Assembly: GCF_006345805.1 (NCBI RefSeq)
Contig: NC_043000.1
Coordinates: 137,764,001 to 137,828,000, forward strand
From: Octopus sinensis
Taxonomy: Eukaryota
Reading direction: 5' to 3'
Length of the DNA stretch: 64,000 nucleotides
Each line of letters starts with the position of its first letter. Within the stretch, counting starts at the first letter, position 1. The notes beneath the pieces are model-generated. The model was not told the origin of the DNA and did no database searches. It saw nothing but the letters and a program-made list of their open reading frames with translations. Positions 38,776 through 51,021 of the stretch are shown here, piece after piece. The translations under genes and the position numbers were made by a program.

Positions 38776-40335
38776 GTCTCATTTCATATATATGACACCT
38801 AATTTTCCTCAAGGTGTTTGGATACCTAACTGTGAAATGAGAGAGAGAGACAAGAAGTAATCCAATCACACAAATGTTGAAGCAAAGTTTATTTAGTGTG
38901 CATACATTGAAAAATTTAAGATATTCCAGCTAACTTAAATACCCGTTTTGTTACCTATGGTCACTGAAACATTTTAGCCAAAGTAATCATGTTCATTTAT
39001 GGTTAATGTGTATAGCAATGACAAAAACACAAAGAAGCACACGCACACACACACAAACGCAGACGCATACGCACACACACACACACACACAACACACACA
39101 CACACACACACATACACACGTACACACAAACAAATAGAAAAGAGAAATCAGTGATTCATTTCTGCTGAATCTCCTTAAGTGTAGTGGACTTTAAATACCT
39201 TCGAAGAAATATATTGTATAGGCACAGAAATTCGAATGGCTTATAGAATGCATTTTCATTTGAAAGTCATTTGATTGCAGGCTCAGATAACTACACCACC
39301 GTAGTGATTCTATAATAATAATAGTGATTCTATTATAATATAGTGATTCTGTAAATGATACTGTTACTATTGTTATACTCTTGTCGTCTTGAAATTAAGA
39401 AATTACTGTGTCGTCTTTCAATAAATTTTGATGAATGATTAAGATATTTCAACCTCTTGAAATTCAATGTATTCTCAATATTAAAATTAATTTAAGCCTG
39501 CATATCGTTAGGTGTGCAAGTTTATTGTTTATTAAGAATGAGACAATAAAATATTGAAAAGTGTACTTTGTAGATGGAACATATTTGAGGGTAAAGCAGC
39601 AGGATACGTTAAGTCAATAATGCCTTATAAAATAATAGTCGATAACGAACCAATCAGCGTTAGTGAATCCTGAAGATAGTTAGGATTTTCTTCCTTCTTG
39701 ATTTCTATCATTATGTTTATATATTTTATTAAATTTTCATGTCAGCGTGCTCTGTATCATAATCCTTAGATAATAGTGAAGCTGCAGAATGATAAAATAT
39801 AAATGAATACTTCTTAGGTGGTGAATATATATAAACCAAAATAATTAACTTGAACGAAAAAAATAATTCGTTAACGTTATAGGCATATAAAAGATTTACC
39901 ACAGCATGGTTTACATATTTTGGTATTACACAATGATGCTATAGAAATTTTTAGAAAGTACCTAGGCATCTGATCCCACTTATTTAATCTCTTCCCCGCT
40001 AATAAATATTAAGAAAATCTCATATAAATTAACGTTTTAATAGAAACAACATCGAGTTTAGCTGAATAATGAAGGTTTACAAGTGCAATGTGCCTTATGG
40101 AGTTGACGGGTGGGATAATTAAATTTGTTCATCCTTTATTGCTTTTCAAATTTCAATTACATACATATACGGACATAATGCATACGTACATCCACATAAA
40201 CGTACATTTATGCACACATCTCACCCCCACTCGTTAAATATTGTATATATATATACATATATATCCATATATAAAATATCTACATCTATATAATATATAT
40301 ATGTATATATGTATGCATATATACCTATATATAAT

Positions 40336-40418
<83 letters not shown>

Positions 40419-40517
40419 CAACATACATATGAATATAGAGAGTTATATATGCACACATACATATATACATACAAACATGCATATATACAATTTTATTTAA
40501 ATTGCGTTCCAGGAATA

Positions 40518-40675
40518 GCTTTGTGTTAAGAAGCTTGCTTCCTAACTAGATGGTTCCGAGTACAGTCCCACTGCATGGCACCTTGGGCAAGTGTCTGCTA
40601 CTGTAGCCTCGAGCCGACCAAAGTACTGTGAGTAGATTTGGTAGACGGAGTCTGAAAGAAGAAACCCGTCGTATA
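40518..40675 (+). mobile_element. SINE-A 5' half, decayed
   Basis: CACCTTGGGCAAGTGTC...GATTTGGTAGACGGA followed by a microsatellite. Confidence 0.8.
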
Positions 40676-40693
40676 TATATATATAATATATAT

Positions 40694-40736
<43 letters not shown>

Positions 40737-41240
40737 ATGTATGTATGTTTGTATACACCACACAGCACAGCCAGAGAGAGGGAGAGAGAGAGAGAAGCAC
40801 GATGTAAATGTATGGCTAGTAGTGAGGGTCCACTGAATAGTGAATGAGACACTGAGGTTGTTGTCTTCAATGAAGGACACAGAAATATGTTGGGATAAGT
40901 GAGGGCTTCCTTAAGCTAGACTGAATAATCAGAAATACAATTTTCGAATGCAAGTGAAGCACAAATTTACAATATCAGCTAGCTATATATGACTACAGAA
41001 AAAGAAAATAACGCCGCGCGAAATCAAATGGAAATTGCAGAAATAGTTTGAGCCATATCTAAATGGAAATAAATGTTGCAAGCATAGATTGATTGACAAA
41101 AGAATCACTCTAAAATTCTCACACGACACGGGTGCCTTCCTGAACACAAAAGCGAAACAATTCGTTTGTGTCCGCATAAGAGAAAATTCGTTTTGCAACA
41201 CGGTCGTCTTCATTTTGGGACGAGAGAAGTAGTTACATAC

Positions 41241-41350
41241 GCACAGCTGACCCATTGCAGCCACTAGTAATATCGTCCAATGGGAGACGGCTACACTTTC
41301 CACACCACCGAAAAATGTTATAATTTTTTCATTGTTCCATATTTTTTCAT
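41241..41350 (-). CDS. Candidate 110-nt exon (DEKIWNNEKIITFFGGVESVAVSHWTILLVAAMGQLC)
   Basis: Strong acceptor GTGTTTCGCTCTCAG, GTATGT donor, open frame, hydrophobic end. Confidence 0.35.
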
Positions 41351-42174
41351 CTGAGAGCGAAACACGACTGTATATTTATCTACAGCATAAAGGAGGCTAT
41401 GCTACTGGCAAGCATATTTGAAGGGTCGTCAGCATTCCAAAGTTCAATAACCGATTAATAGGTGATACGAAACTCTCGATATATTTATTATCGGTTAGAT
41501 ATCATAACCAGGTATATACTGTTTGACATTATAAAATTATATATATATATATATACACACACAAACATACACTCACATACACACTCACTCATGTGTATGT
41601 ATAGATATATATACATGCTTAATGTCTTCTATACTGATGACTACATTCTGCTTTGGGTCCTTAATGTTGAGAAGATGTTAAGCTGTGTGATTTAATGGAG
41701 ATTTGGCAAGTATTTGTAGGATTTCCATTATTCATGTAGAGACGTTTACAGTCACGTATACGAACATACACACAGACGTACCAACACGCTGGTGTAAGAT
41801 TTACTTTTCTTCTATAGTCAAACAACCAGTTAATAGACAAGGTTATGTATCTTTGACAGTACAGATTTTGCGAAGATCTGCCAAGGAGAGAAATATAGAA
41901 ACACAGTCTGTATTAGATAAGTATCTATTCAGCCCTATGGTAGAGGATTTCTGCATCCTTCCCCCACTGCGTCAAGGAAGGTCAGCGTCTGCTTTCGGAT
42001 CGTGTATGTTATTAGATGTCAATAATTTTCTTATCTAAGACGGTGAGCTGGCAGAATCGTAATCACACTGAGCAAAATGCTTAGCGACTTTACCTTTCAT
42101 CCCTTCGGGGTCAATAAAATAAGTATCAGTTGATTACTGGGTTCATTGTAATCGACGTACTAATTTCTCTGATG

Positions 42175-42810
42175 TTGCTGGCCATGTGCTAAAAGTTGTA
42201 ATTTTCTTGTCTTTCTGTCTATGCGTTGGAGTTCCGTAAAATTCCAGTTAATGGTATTGAAACTGTACTGGACGACGGGAATTATCAGGATCTTCATTGT
42301 TTTGATGCGATTTTTATAGCTTAGTTTAGTCGTCGGTATATGTATTGCTCTCTTCAAATATTCCTTTCTTAGTCTTTCCTTCATAATGGCATGTCTTATG
42401 ACATCTCCTTCGATTATACCCAAATATTTATACGTTTCTAGGTCAAGTTGCATGATGGTAGTGTCCGATTTTGCTTTAGCTCACTTATCGCAGCAAAAAT
42501 CTATCTTCGTGACATTCCTAAATCCTTTAACAGTTGTTAGCCGCCCATCTAGATCTTGATCATCCCTTGCAAACATCGTCCATGTAAAAATGTTTGTTTA
42601 TTGTTAAAAATTTTGTGTCCCTATCCGTTCTTGTTGAATTCATTTGAGAGAGGGATCAGTGAATGAGTACTAAGACAAATTGCTCATAAATAGAATGATT
42701 TTAGAAATTTGTCACCGTAAAAACATATACCTGAGTACGGCGTGAATAGACTGCAGGAAAGCATTTGATAGTGCCCCACATAAATGGATACTCAAAGCCC
42801 TCCACGTTCT
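42175..42810. mobile_element. R4/Dong-like LINE RT relic with an internal inversion
   Basis: Minus 42665->42175: LIPLS...FYMDD...YKYLGI...KERLRKEY...IDRKTRKL. Plus 42665->42810: LLINRMI...IDCRKAFDSAPHKWI. Confidence 0.75.
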
Positions 42811-43214
42811 TACAAATTAGCACAGCCAAATGGAACACACGTCACTTTCTAAACCATAGTATAGGATGAGCCGATCCAACAGCATCACCATCAAACACGC
42901 CATCTTTCAATGTACATGATAGCACTTCCAATCAGTTAAGATCAGAAGCCACGAGAGCCACTGCCTGGCACTGCATCAGGGCATAACTACATCAGGGAAT
43001 GTTGTTATTATTGTTGTTGTTGTTGTTGTTGTTATTATTATTATTATTGTATTGATTCTAAATTGATCTTATTTTCTAGCATTTATGTGTGTAGAGTGTT
43101 CCTGCATGTAACTTTAGATATTTATATGATTTCAATTAGATATCATGTCTTTCTGATGATCTTCTGATATCAAGCCTTTCTGACGATCTTCCGTGACAGA
43201 ATCCTAAATATGTC

Positions 43215-43560
43215 AGATAAAATGCTTAGCGATATTTCGTCCGTTTTTTAACGTTCTGAATTCAAATTCCACCGAAGTCGACCTTGCCTTTCATCCTTTC
43301 GTGGTCAATAAAATAAATAGCAGTTGATCATTGGGGGTCGATGCAACCGACTTAACCCCTCTCCCGAGATTGCTGGATTTGTACCGAAGTGTGAAGACAT
43401 TATTATTAAGCCAGTGAGCGACCAGAATCGTCAGCACGGCGGACGAAATGCTTAGAGCCATTTCGCCAATCTTACGTTCTGAGTTAAAATTCCGCCGAGG
43501 TCGACTTTGCGTACCCCCTCCTCCACGAGATTGATAAAATAAGTAGCAATTAAATACGAA
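43215..43560 (+). mobile_element. Two adjacent decayed SINE-B (alternative-tail) copies
   Basis: Repeated AAATGCTTAG...TTCTGA(A/G)TT(C/A)AAATTCC...GTCGAC blocks. Confidence 0.75.
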
Positions 43561-43780
43561 ATTGCTTGCGATTAAACGAAGTTGAGGTAGTATTTGCTCT
43601 CCGACCTTGTAAACCCCTTCACGATTTACAACTACCCATACAGACCCATAGGTTGGTATATTGTCACCTGAGTGATGCAAAGGCGTTATCTTTCAGGAGT
43701 AGTAGTGTATCACCAAAACATGGCAGATGCAGTGACACATTGTCACAGCAGATGCGCACATGCTGCTGCAGTAGCTGCTG

Positions 43781-43813
<33 letters not shown>

Positions 43814-43817
43814 TTTC

Positions 43818-44229
43818 CTCTTATATTTTACTTATTTCAGTCATTTGACTGCGTCAATGCTGGAGCACCACCTTTTAGTCGAGCAAATCGCCCCCAGGAC
43901 TTATTCTTTGGAAGCCTAGTACTTATTCAATCGGTCTGTTTTGCCGAACCGCTAAGTCACGGGGTCTTAAACACACCATCATCGGTTGGCAAGCGATGTC
44001 GGGGGGATAAACACAGACACACAAACATACACACACACATATATATATATACATATACATATATATGAAGGGCTTCTTTCAGTTTCCGTCTACCAAATCA
44101 CTCACAAGGCTTTGGTCGGCCCGAGGCTATAGTAGATGACACTTTGCCCAAGGTCTCATGCAGTGGGACTGAACACGGATCCATGTTGCTGGTAAGCAAG
44201 CTACTTAACACACAGCCACTCCCGCACCT
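43818..44229 (-). mobile_element. Full-length tRNA-SINE family A
   Basis: Head-to-tail match to the other A copies. Confidence 0.9.
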
Positions 44230-44380
44230 AGACCTCATTATCATAGTTTTAAAAAAACATGTTCGGTCGGGTAAAATAATTTTGCACGCTTGAAAAAACG
44301 ACAGGCATCTTGAATGAGAAACAACCGATTACATCTATAATCGCACCCAGACTGTTTCTTTCTTACTCGTATACACTCAT

Positions 44381-44404
44381 GTACTAGCTACGGCGGTACA
44401 TATT

Positions 44405-44435
<31 letters not shown>

Positions 44436-44487
44436 GTGGCCTCTGCGCAAGGATGACGCGCAAATTCGTGAAGCGTTCCATATTTCT
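44381..44487 (+). pseudogene. U6: Full-length U6 snRNA retro-copy (5' part of a U6-SINE chimera)
   Basis: 107 nt with 10 differences from human U6 as recalled; ACAGAGA box and AGC triad intact; 5' stem-loop retained; 3' end TATTTCT lacks a T-run terminator; no recognisable TATA at -30. Confidence 0.93.
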
Positions 44488-44722
44488 AAAGGCGGTGAGC
44501 TGGCAGAAACGTCAGCACGCCGGGCGAAATGCCTAGCTGTATTTCGTCTGTCGTTACGTTCTGAGTTCAAATTCCGCCTAGGTCGACTTTGCCTTTCATC
44601 CTTTCGGGGTCGATAAATTAAGCACCAGTTACGCACTGGGGTCGATGTAATCGACTTAATCCCTTTGTCTGTCCTTGTTTGTCCCTTCTATGTTTAGCCC
44701 CTTGTGGGTAGTAAAGAAATAG
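44488..44722 (+). mobile_element. Full-length tRNA-SINE family B fused to U6
   Basis: Starts AAAGGCGGTGAGCTGGCAG, ends GTAGTAAAGAAATAG. TSD GTATACACTCAT(G) at 44369-44380 and 44723-44734 encloses U6 plus SINE. Confidence 0.93.
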
Positions 44723-44986
44723 GTATACACTCATGCGCGCGCGCGTGTATGCGTGTGTGCGTGTGTGCGTGTGTGCACAGATGGAGGAAAGAAAAACGAG
44801 GAGGAGAAGGGTTATTCATTCTGGGAAATTTTCAAAGGCCAAGTAATATATCTAAATTACTGTTAACTTTAATCAAAATCGACGATATTGCGTGAGAAGG
44901 TAAAATAATATTGTGTAAAGTAATTTAAATGAAATAATATTGTTTACATAATGAAGAATCATTCAGTTTACTGTTAGAAGATGTGT

Positions 44987-45378
44987 GGAGGCGCAACGGC
45001 CCAGTGGTTAGGGCAGCGGACTCGCGGTCATAGGATCGCGGTTTCGATTCCCAGACCGGGCGTTGTGAGTGTTTATTGAGCGAAAACACCTAAAAGATCC
45101 ACGAGGCTCCGGTAGAGGATGGTGGTGATCCCTGCCGTACTCTTTCACCACAACTTTCTCTCACTCTTACTTCCTGTTTCTGTTGTACCTGTATTTCAAA
45201 GGGCCGGCCTTGTCACTCTCTGTGTCACGCTGAATATCCCCGAGAACTACGTTAAAGGTGTACGTGTCTGTGGAGTGCTCAGCCACTTACACGTTAATTT
45301 CACGAGCAGGCTGTTCCGTTGATTCGGATCAACCGGAACCTTCATCGTCGTTACCGACGGAGTGCTTCCATCATCATC
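44987..45378 (+). mobile_element. Full-length tRNA-SINE family C
   Basis: A box CGGCCCAGTGG, B box GGTTTCGATTCC, (CAT)n tail, 11-bp TSD AGAAGATGTGT at 44976-44986 and 45379-45389. Confidence 0.93.
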
Positions 45379-45607
45379 AGAAGATGTGTAAATATTAAAG
45401 TCAGTCCGTCTATTTGTCTGTCTGGAAAAGAATGAAGAGACGAGACGTACATAACAAAGCTAAATGATCTTAGTTGTTATCCTATTTATATTAATGACAA
45501 AAGGAGCTATTGCCTCACCACGCGCACATACACATATACACAAATACACACACGCGCACACACCCACCAACAAACACACGCACAAACACACACACACACA
45601 CATATAT

Positions 45608-45923
45608 ACTCTTCTACTCTTTTACTCTTTTACTTGTTTCAGTCATTTGACTGCGGCCATGCTGGAGCACCGCCTTTAATCGAGCAACTCGACCCCGGGA
45701 CTTATTCTTTGTAAGCCCAGTACTTATTCTATCGGTCTCTTTTGCCGAACCGCTAAGTGACGGGAACATAAACACACCAGCATCGGTTGTCAAGCAATGC
45801 TAGGGGGACAAACACAAACATACACGCGCACACACATATACATATATATACATATATACGACGGGCTTCTTTCAGTTTCCGTCTAGCAAATCCACTCACA
45901 AGGCTTTGGTCAGCCCGAGGCTA
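45608..45923 (-). mobile_element. 5'-truncated SINE-A
   Basis: Tail and body match; head absent. Confidence 0.88.
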
Positions 45924-46118
45924 ATATATAAATATATTTTGGAACATTCTTTAAAAAACCTATCATATGAAAGAAACAGGAACATTTCCAACCTACTTCT
46001 TCCTTAGCCGTATTCCAAGGATTGCTTCTTTGTAAAGGATCAACAACAGCGGTCAACATATTAAGTGGACAGTTCTAAATTTACTCCTTGTGCGAATATC
46101 AAGAAATATTTGTTTTAT

Positions 46119-46381
46119 ACTCTTTTACTCTCTTTTACTTTTGTACTTGTTTCAGTCATTTGACTGTGGCCATGCTGGAGCACCGCTTTTAGTCGAGCAA
46201 ATCGACCCCCAACACTTATTCTTTGGAAGCCTAGGACTTATTCTAGCGGTCACTTTTGCCGAACCGCTAAGTTACGGGGACGTAAACAAACAAGCATCGG
46301 TTTCAAGCGATGTTGGGGGACAAACACAGACACACAAACATATACACACACACGTACATACATGCAAACATGCATGCATAC

Positions 46382-46443
<62 letters not shown>

Positions 46444-46614
46444 GCATATATACGACGGGCTTCTTTCAGTTTCCGGTTACCAGATCCACTCACGAGGCTT
46501 TGGTCGACCCGAGGCTATAGTAGAAGACACTTGCCCAAGGTGCCACGCAGTGGGACTGAACCCGGAACCATGTGGTTTGTAAGCAACTACTTACCACACA
46601 GCCATTCCTACACC
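46119..46614 (-). mobile_element. Full-length SINE-A with an expanded internal (CA)n/(TA)n
   Basis: Head-to-tail match. Confidence 0.9.
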
Positions 46615-47052
46615 TATTCACATTCTTTAATAATTGTTGATTTCTTTGTTCGAAAGTAACGAGAAATTATGCTTATATGCCTTACATAAACATGTTAATG
46701 TATTCGTGAATTGGAACGAGAACTTCTACTTGAATGTGGCATCTACTCTATTGATCTAATTAGCGAATGAGTTCGAAGGAATACATTGTTATTCGGTCCT
46801 CGTGATGAGAGACTGAAGTAAAAGAAATGATTTATCGCTATAGAAATTTCTGTAATTTTTCGCCAGAGATAAGGTGGCCAGCTGTCACGATTTAGCAGCT
46901 AAAATGTCTTTCTGTCTCGCGTCCTAAAGGAAAAAGGAAACATATACGAGATGATTTAACCCTAGATGATCCTCACAAAGACAATGTTGTCACTGGTAAA
47001 ATTCATTTGATCCTCGTTCTCTATCAGGTTGATCTCGGTCTAAAGAAATAAA

Positions 47053-47469
47053 TAAGGCGGTGAGCTGGCAGAATCGTTAGCACGCTGGGCGAAATGCTTA
47101 GTGGTATTTTGTCTGCCGTTACGTTCTGAGTTCAAATTCCGCCGAAGTCGACTTTGCCTTTCATCCTTTCGGGGTCGATAAATTAAGTACCAGTTACGCA
47201 CTGGGGTCAACGTAATCGACTTAATCCGTTTGTCTGTCCTTGTTTGTCCCCTCTATGTTTAGCCCTTATGGGCAATAAAGAAATACGTATTTTGTCTGCC
47301 GTTACGTTCTTAGTTCAAATTCCGCCGAGGTCGACTTTGCCTTTCATCCTTTCGGGGTCGATAAATTAAGTACCATTTACGCACTGGGGTCAACGTAATC
47401 GACTTAATCCGTTTGTCTGTCCTTGTTTGTCCTCTATATGTTTAGCCCCTTGTGGGTAGTAAAGAAAAA
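47053..47469 (+). mobile_element. SINE-B head-to-tail dimer (full unit plus headless unit)
   Basis: Second unit restarts at GTATTTTGTCTGCC (about 47287); 16-bp TSD GGTCTAAAGAAATAAA at 47037-47052 and 47470-47485. Confidence 0.9.
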
Positions 47470-49879
47470 GGTCTAAAGAAATAAAGCAAAAATTATAACG
47501 TCCCATAGTAATACGTTCGTGTACTATGTGGATCGTTGTGATTTTAAATCATAGAGTAATAATTTAAAGTATGAGCCTGCTGAACCAGTTTCGATTACAT
47601 AATAATGAAGAAAAATGAACAGCATGAAATGCTCTCAAACGTTAACAGTCATTCATCAGGTTATTATCATCGATTTCACTAATATAGTGGAATATTGAAC
47701 GCTTGTATTGGGTGTACATGATAATATTTCGATTTAACTGCATGGTATCTTCTTGTCCAACTATTTATAATTTAACAATAAGTTAAGTAAAAGCACTGGA
47801 TCTCTCCTACTATTCAAGAGTGTGTACTTATAGACTCATTAAATAAATGTACATGATAACGTAGATATGTTTGTGATACGCAGCTCTTAGATCAAACAGA
47901 GGCCTCCATTTGAGGAGAGATCATAATTTGACCTTCAAATTTGACCTGCGAATTGACAAAGAATTGAAATAATATTCCCAAGAACCTCGTGGCTTATCGG
48001 TGAAAGCAATGAAGATTAGTACCATTTAAAATTGACTAATTATCTGAGGTGATGACAATGACTTCAGTTAATCCTTTTTGTTTAATTTTGTGTAATTATA
48101 AGCGGAAATCAATAGAAATCGTTAGGCGGTAAATTAAAACTTTGATCAGGCTATATTCATTAACCACTTCAATTAGAGATAACTTTCAATGAACACTTTT
48201 AGTTTTCATTAATTCTATTCACTTGATTAAAATAGACTATGCTTAGAATTCTATTACTTCAGAGAGTACATTAAAACCTGACCTGGGAGTTTCACCAAAC
48301 TAAGGGATTATTGCTTTCATTATCAGTTTATCGTTTTGTGCAGACAAATCCACTGGCCCTGTTCTAATACATATTATACATTTCAGATTATACACGTTTG
48401 TTTTCAGGTAACTTATCTCAGGTTGATATCTGGTTAATGATAACTTAGAATTGACAATAGACAATGTTCTACAGAATATGTATATTATTTGAACATATAC
48501 TTAGACTTTAGTAATATCACTAGAATTCGGATATTTATTTCCAGGAATAAAATCCAGAATCCATGGAAATGCGTGCGGATCGGAGGTATCATCGTTAATT
48601 ATTAAGTCCAATAGAGTGTTTAGTTTCTAACAAGGCGAGAAAATCTATACTTTCGAACATTATTTAACGAAACTATCAATGAAGTTGTGTGCCAAGTATC
48701 AGATTTTATCACTCCTCATTCCCTGGGATTTAAGTAGGCACAGATTTGCTGAAATCTCTGATCTTATATCTTTGTGATTTTATCAGAAATATCTTTACAG
48801 CCAAAATATAGTAGTTTGTAGACACCGAGTGTAAGGATACTTAGTTATATGTCTATGTAATAAGGAATTCGTTCCAAATGTAATAGCATACATTTAATAA
48901 TTTAATGTAGTAATACGGTTAATTGAGTCAGAATAGAAAGTTAGAAATTTCACTAATGCTAATCAGTTACTGTGTACTTTTAGAATCAGCAAAGTTCCAT
49001 ACAGCTAATACTTTCATGAAAACCGCTCAAGTATTCAGCAAGAGGCATCATGTCTTTATATCCAATCTGAAAACATTCATATTAATCTGAACAAGAACGA
49101 TTCTACTGCACACATTTGACTCACCTGTGGTCGGAAACTTCTAATTAGTTGTTCGTTTCACTTTCTAGCTCAGAAACTATTCGCAACGACAGATGAGTGT
49201 TCAACTTCTCAGCTGTAATGATGTGTTACAGCTCTTCAAATATTTTAATGAGATTGATATAGTTCAGAAGCACTGAAGGTTTACTGTTAATAGTAAGCTA
49301 CTTCGACAAGTTAATACCGAAATAACCTACCCTTAACAGGCTGAATTTCTCAAATATTATTTCGACTGCAACAGAAAATCCAACTGTAACTATTTGATAT
49401 CTATTACGCTTAAAAAGAAAAAAAAAGATTTGCGTACATTACATAGCATAGTATTATTAATGAAACTATTTTAATACTGCATAATATGACACCTTTCAAG
49501 AATGCTAAGGTACTAAAAGTATAATTGAACATGAGCATTCTCATGCAAGGTGGGTAATTTCATAAATGATATATCAGAGGAATTAATGTGCATGTGTATT
49601 CCAAGTTAAGTTGATAATAAAATAACAAAGCCTCATAAAAATATACTTGTAACATTGTTTCACTTCCATAAATTTTACATATATAACGAATATTTATTCT
49701 AGCCCAACCTTTTTTTCTGTTTTAAAGTCAACATAAATTTAACGAGTGTAAAAAATAATTTTTTTTCACTCGATACAACAGTCAACGGAATTTTCCTTTA
49801 CAATAAAGCAATAAATAAAATCCAGGTGTATTTATTGGGACTTACCTATTCACTCGTTTACTAATACCTGTTAATATGA

Positions 49880-50270
49880 TTTGTTTAAATCGTTAGCACA
49901 CTGGATGAAATGTTTAGTGGCATTTCGTCCGTCTTTACGTTCTGAGTTTACATTCAGCTGGAGTCGACGGGTCGATTAAAAAAGTACCAGTTGAACAGTG
50001 GGTTCGATTTAATCGACTTAGCACCTCTCCCAAAGTTGCTGTTCTTGTACCAAAGTCTGAAACCAATATTATTTATTTGGTCAAGGCGGCGAGCACTAAT
50101 TCGTCCGTCTTTACCTTCCGAGTTCGAATTCCGCCGAAGTCGACTTTGTATTTCATCATTTCATGGTCGATGAAATAAGAAGCAGTTGAGTACTGCGGGC
50201 TATGTAATTGACTTATCCCACCCCCCGAAGTTGCTGGCCTTGTGCCAAAATTTGAAATCAATATTATTTA
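49880..50270 (+). mobile_element. Two adjacent decayed SINE-B (alternative-tail) copies
   Basis: Each has a B-box region and a CCAAA..TGAAA(C/T)CAATATT tail. Confidence 0.75.
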
Positions 50271-50611
50271 TTTGTAAATTGACTACCAAATATAAAGGGT
50301 CTAGTTGTTTGCAGAATGCAATGAACTAAATAATAAACAGCTCTGTGCTGTCATAGATAACAAATTATATGTGAAATAACGAGTACAGATCTTTGGAATA
50401 TTTCGCAGATGACTGATTCAAGTGTCGATAAAAACAAAGTTTAGGACAATGGCATAACAGATGCAAGTAGATATAAGACTACATTTGTGCAAACTTGCAT
50501 ACAATCCCCTGGTTGAATATGATCAACATTTCAATCATTCTTGGGATATTAATAAAGATTTCATTTACAAACTTTCGGACTTTGACCTTTAAATATTTTC
50601 GGTTACTTCTT

Positions 50612-50644
<33 letters not shown>

Positions 50645-51021
50645 TACACACACACATACACAAACGCACACACATACTCACACAACACACGCACACGCAC
50701 ACATCTGCAAGTGAAAAAATATTTGAGTTTGCATATTCCAAACGAATAGAAAGAAGCAATTAAATCCATCGCATAATTCCATTGAACATCAATGTTTAAA
50801 ATTTTATAATAAACATTTTGATCATGGTTATAGAAGAACTATGTAATTTTATCAGTAAGTAACATATATCTTTGATGCACCAACAATATTAATTTTTTTG
50901 ACGGAACATCCCATATTCATTAATTATTAAGGAAAGTTGACAAGAACAATTGTAAAAGTAAAGAATTTATGTTTTAAAAAGAATGAAAGAACCAAAAATT
51001 TATTAGTGTTTCTTTTTAAAA

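Noticed and set aside
39300-39352. Three approximately 20-bp direct repeats (TAGTGATTCTATAATAATA) as a CRISPR-like array
   Set aside because: No spacers; an ordinary eukaryotic minisatellite.
44290-44487. Functional U6 gene with an upstream promoter
   Set aside because: No TATA at about -30, no T-run terminator, and the TSD abuts nucleotide +1, as expected for a retro-copy.
44987-45060. tRNA genes (also at 52676 and 32920-32997)
   Set aside because: A and B boxes belong to SINE heads followed by SINE bodies, tails and TSDs; no complete cloverleaf.
48330-49140. Several short exon-like segments on both strands
   Set aside because: Mutually incompatible models fit equally well; none can be supported from sequence alone.
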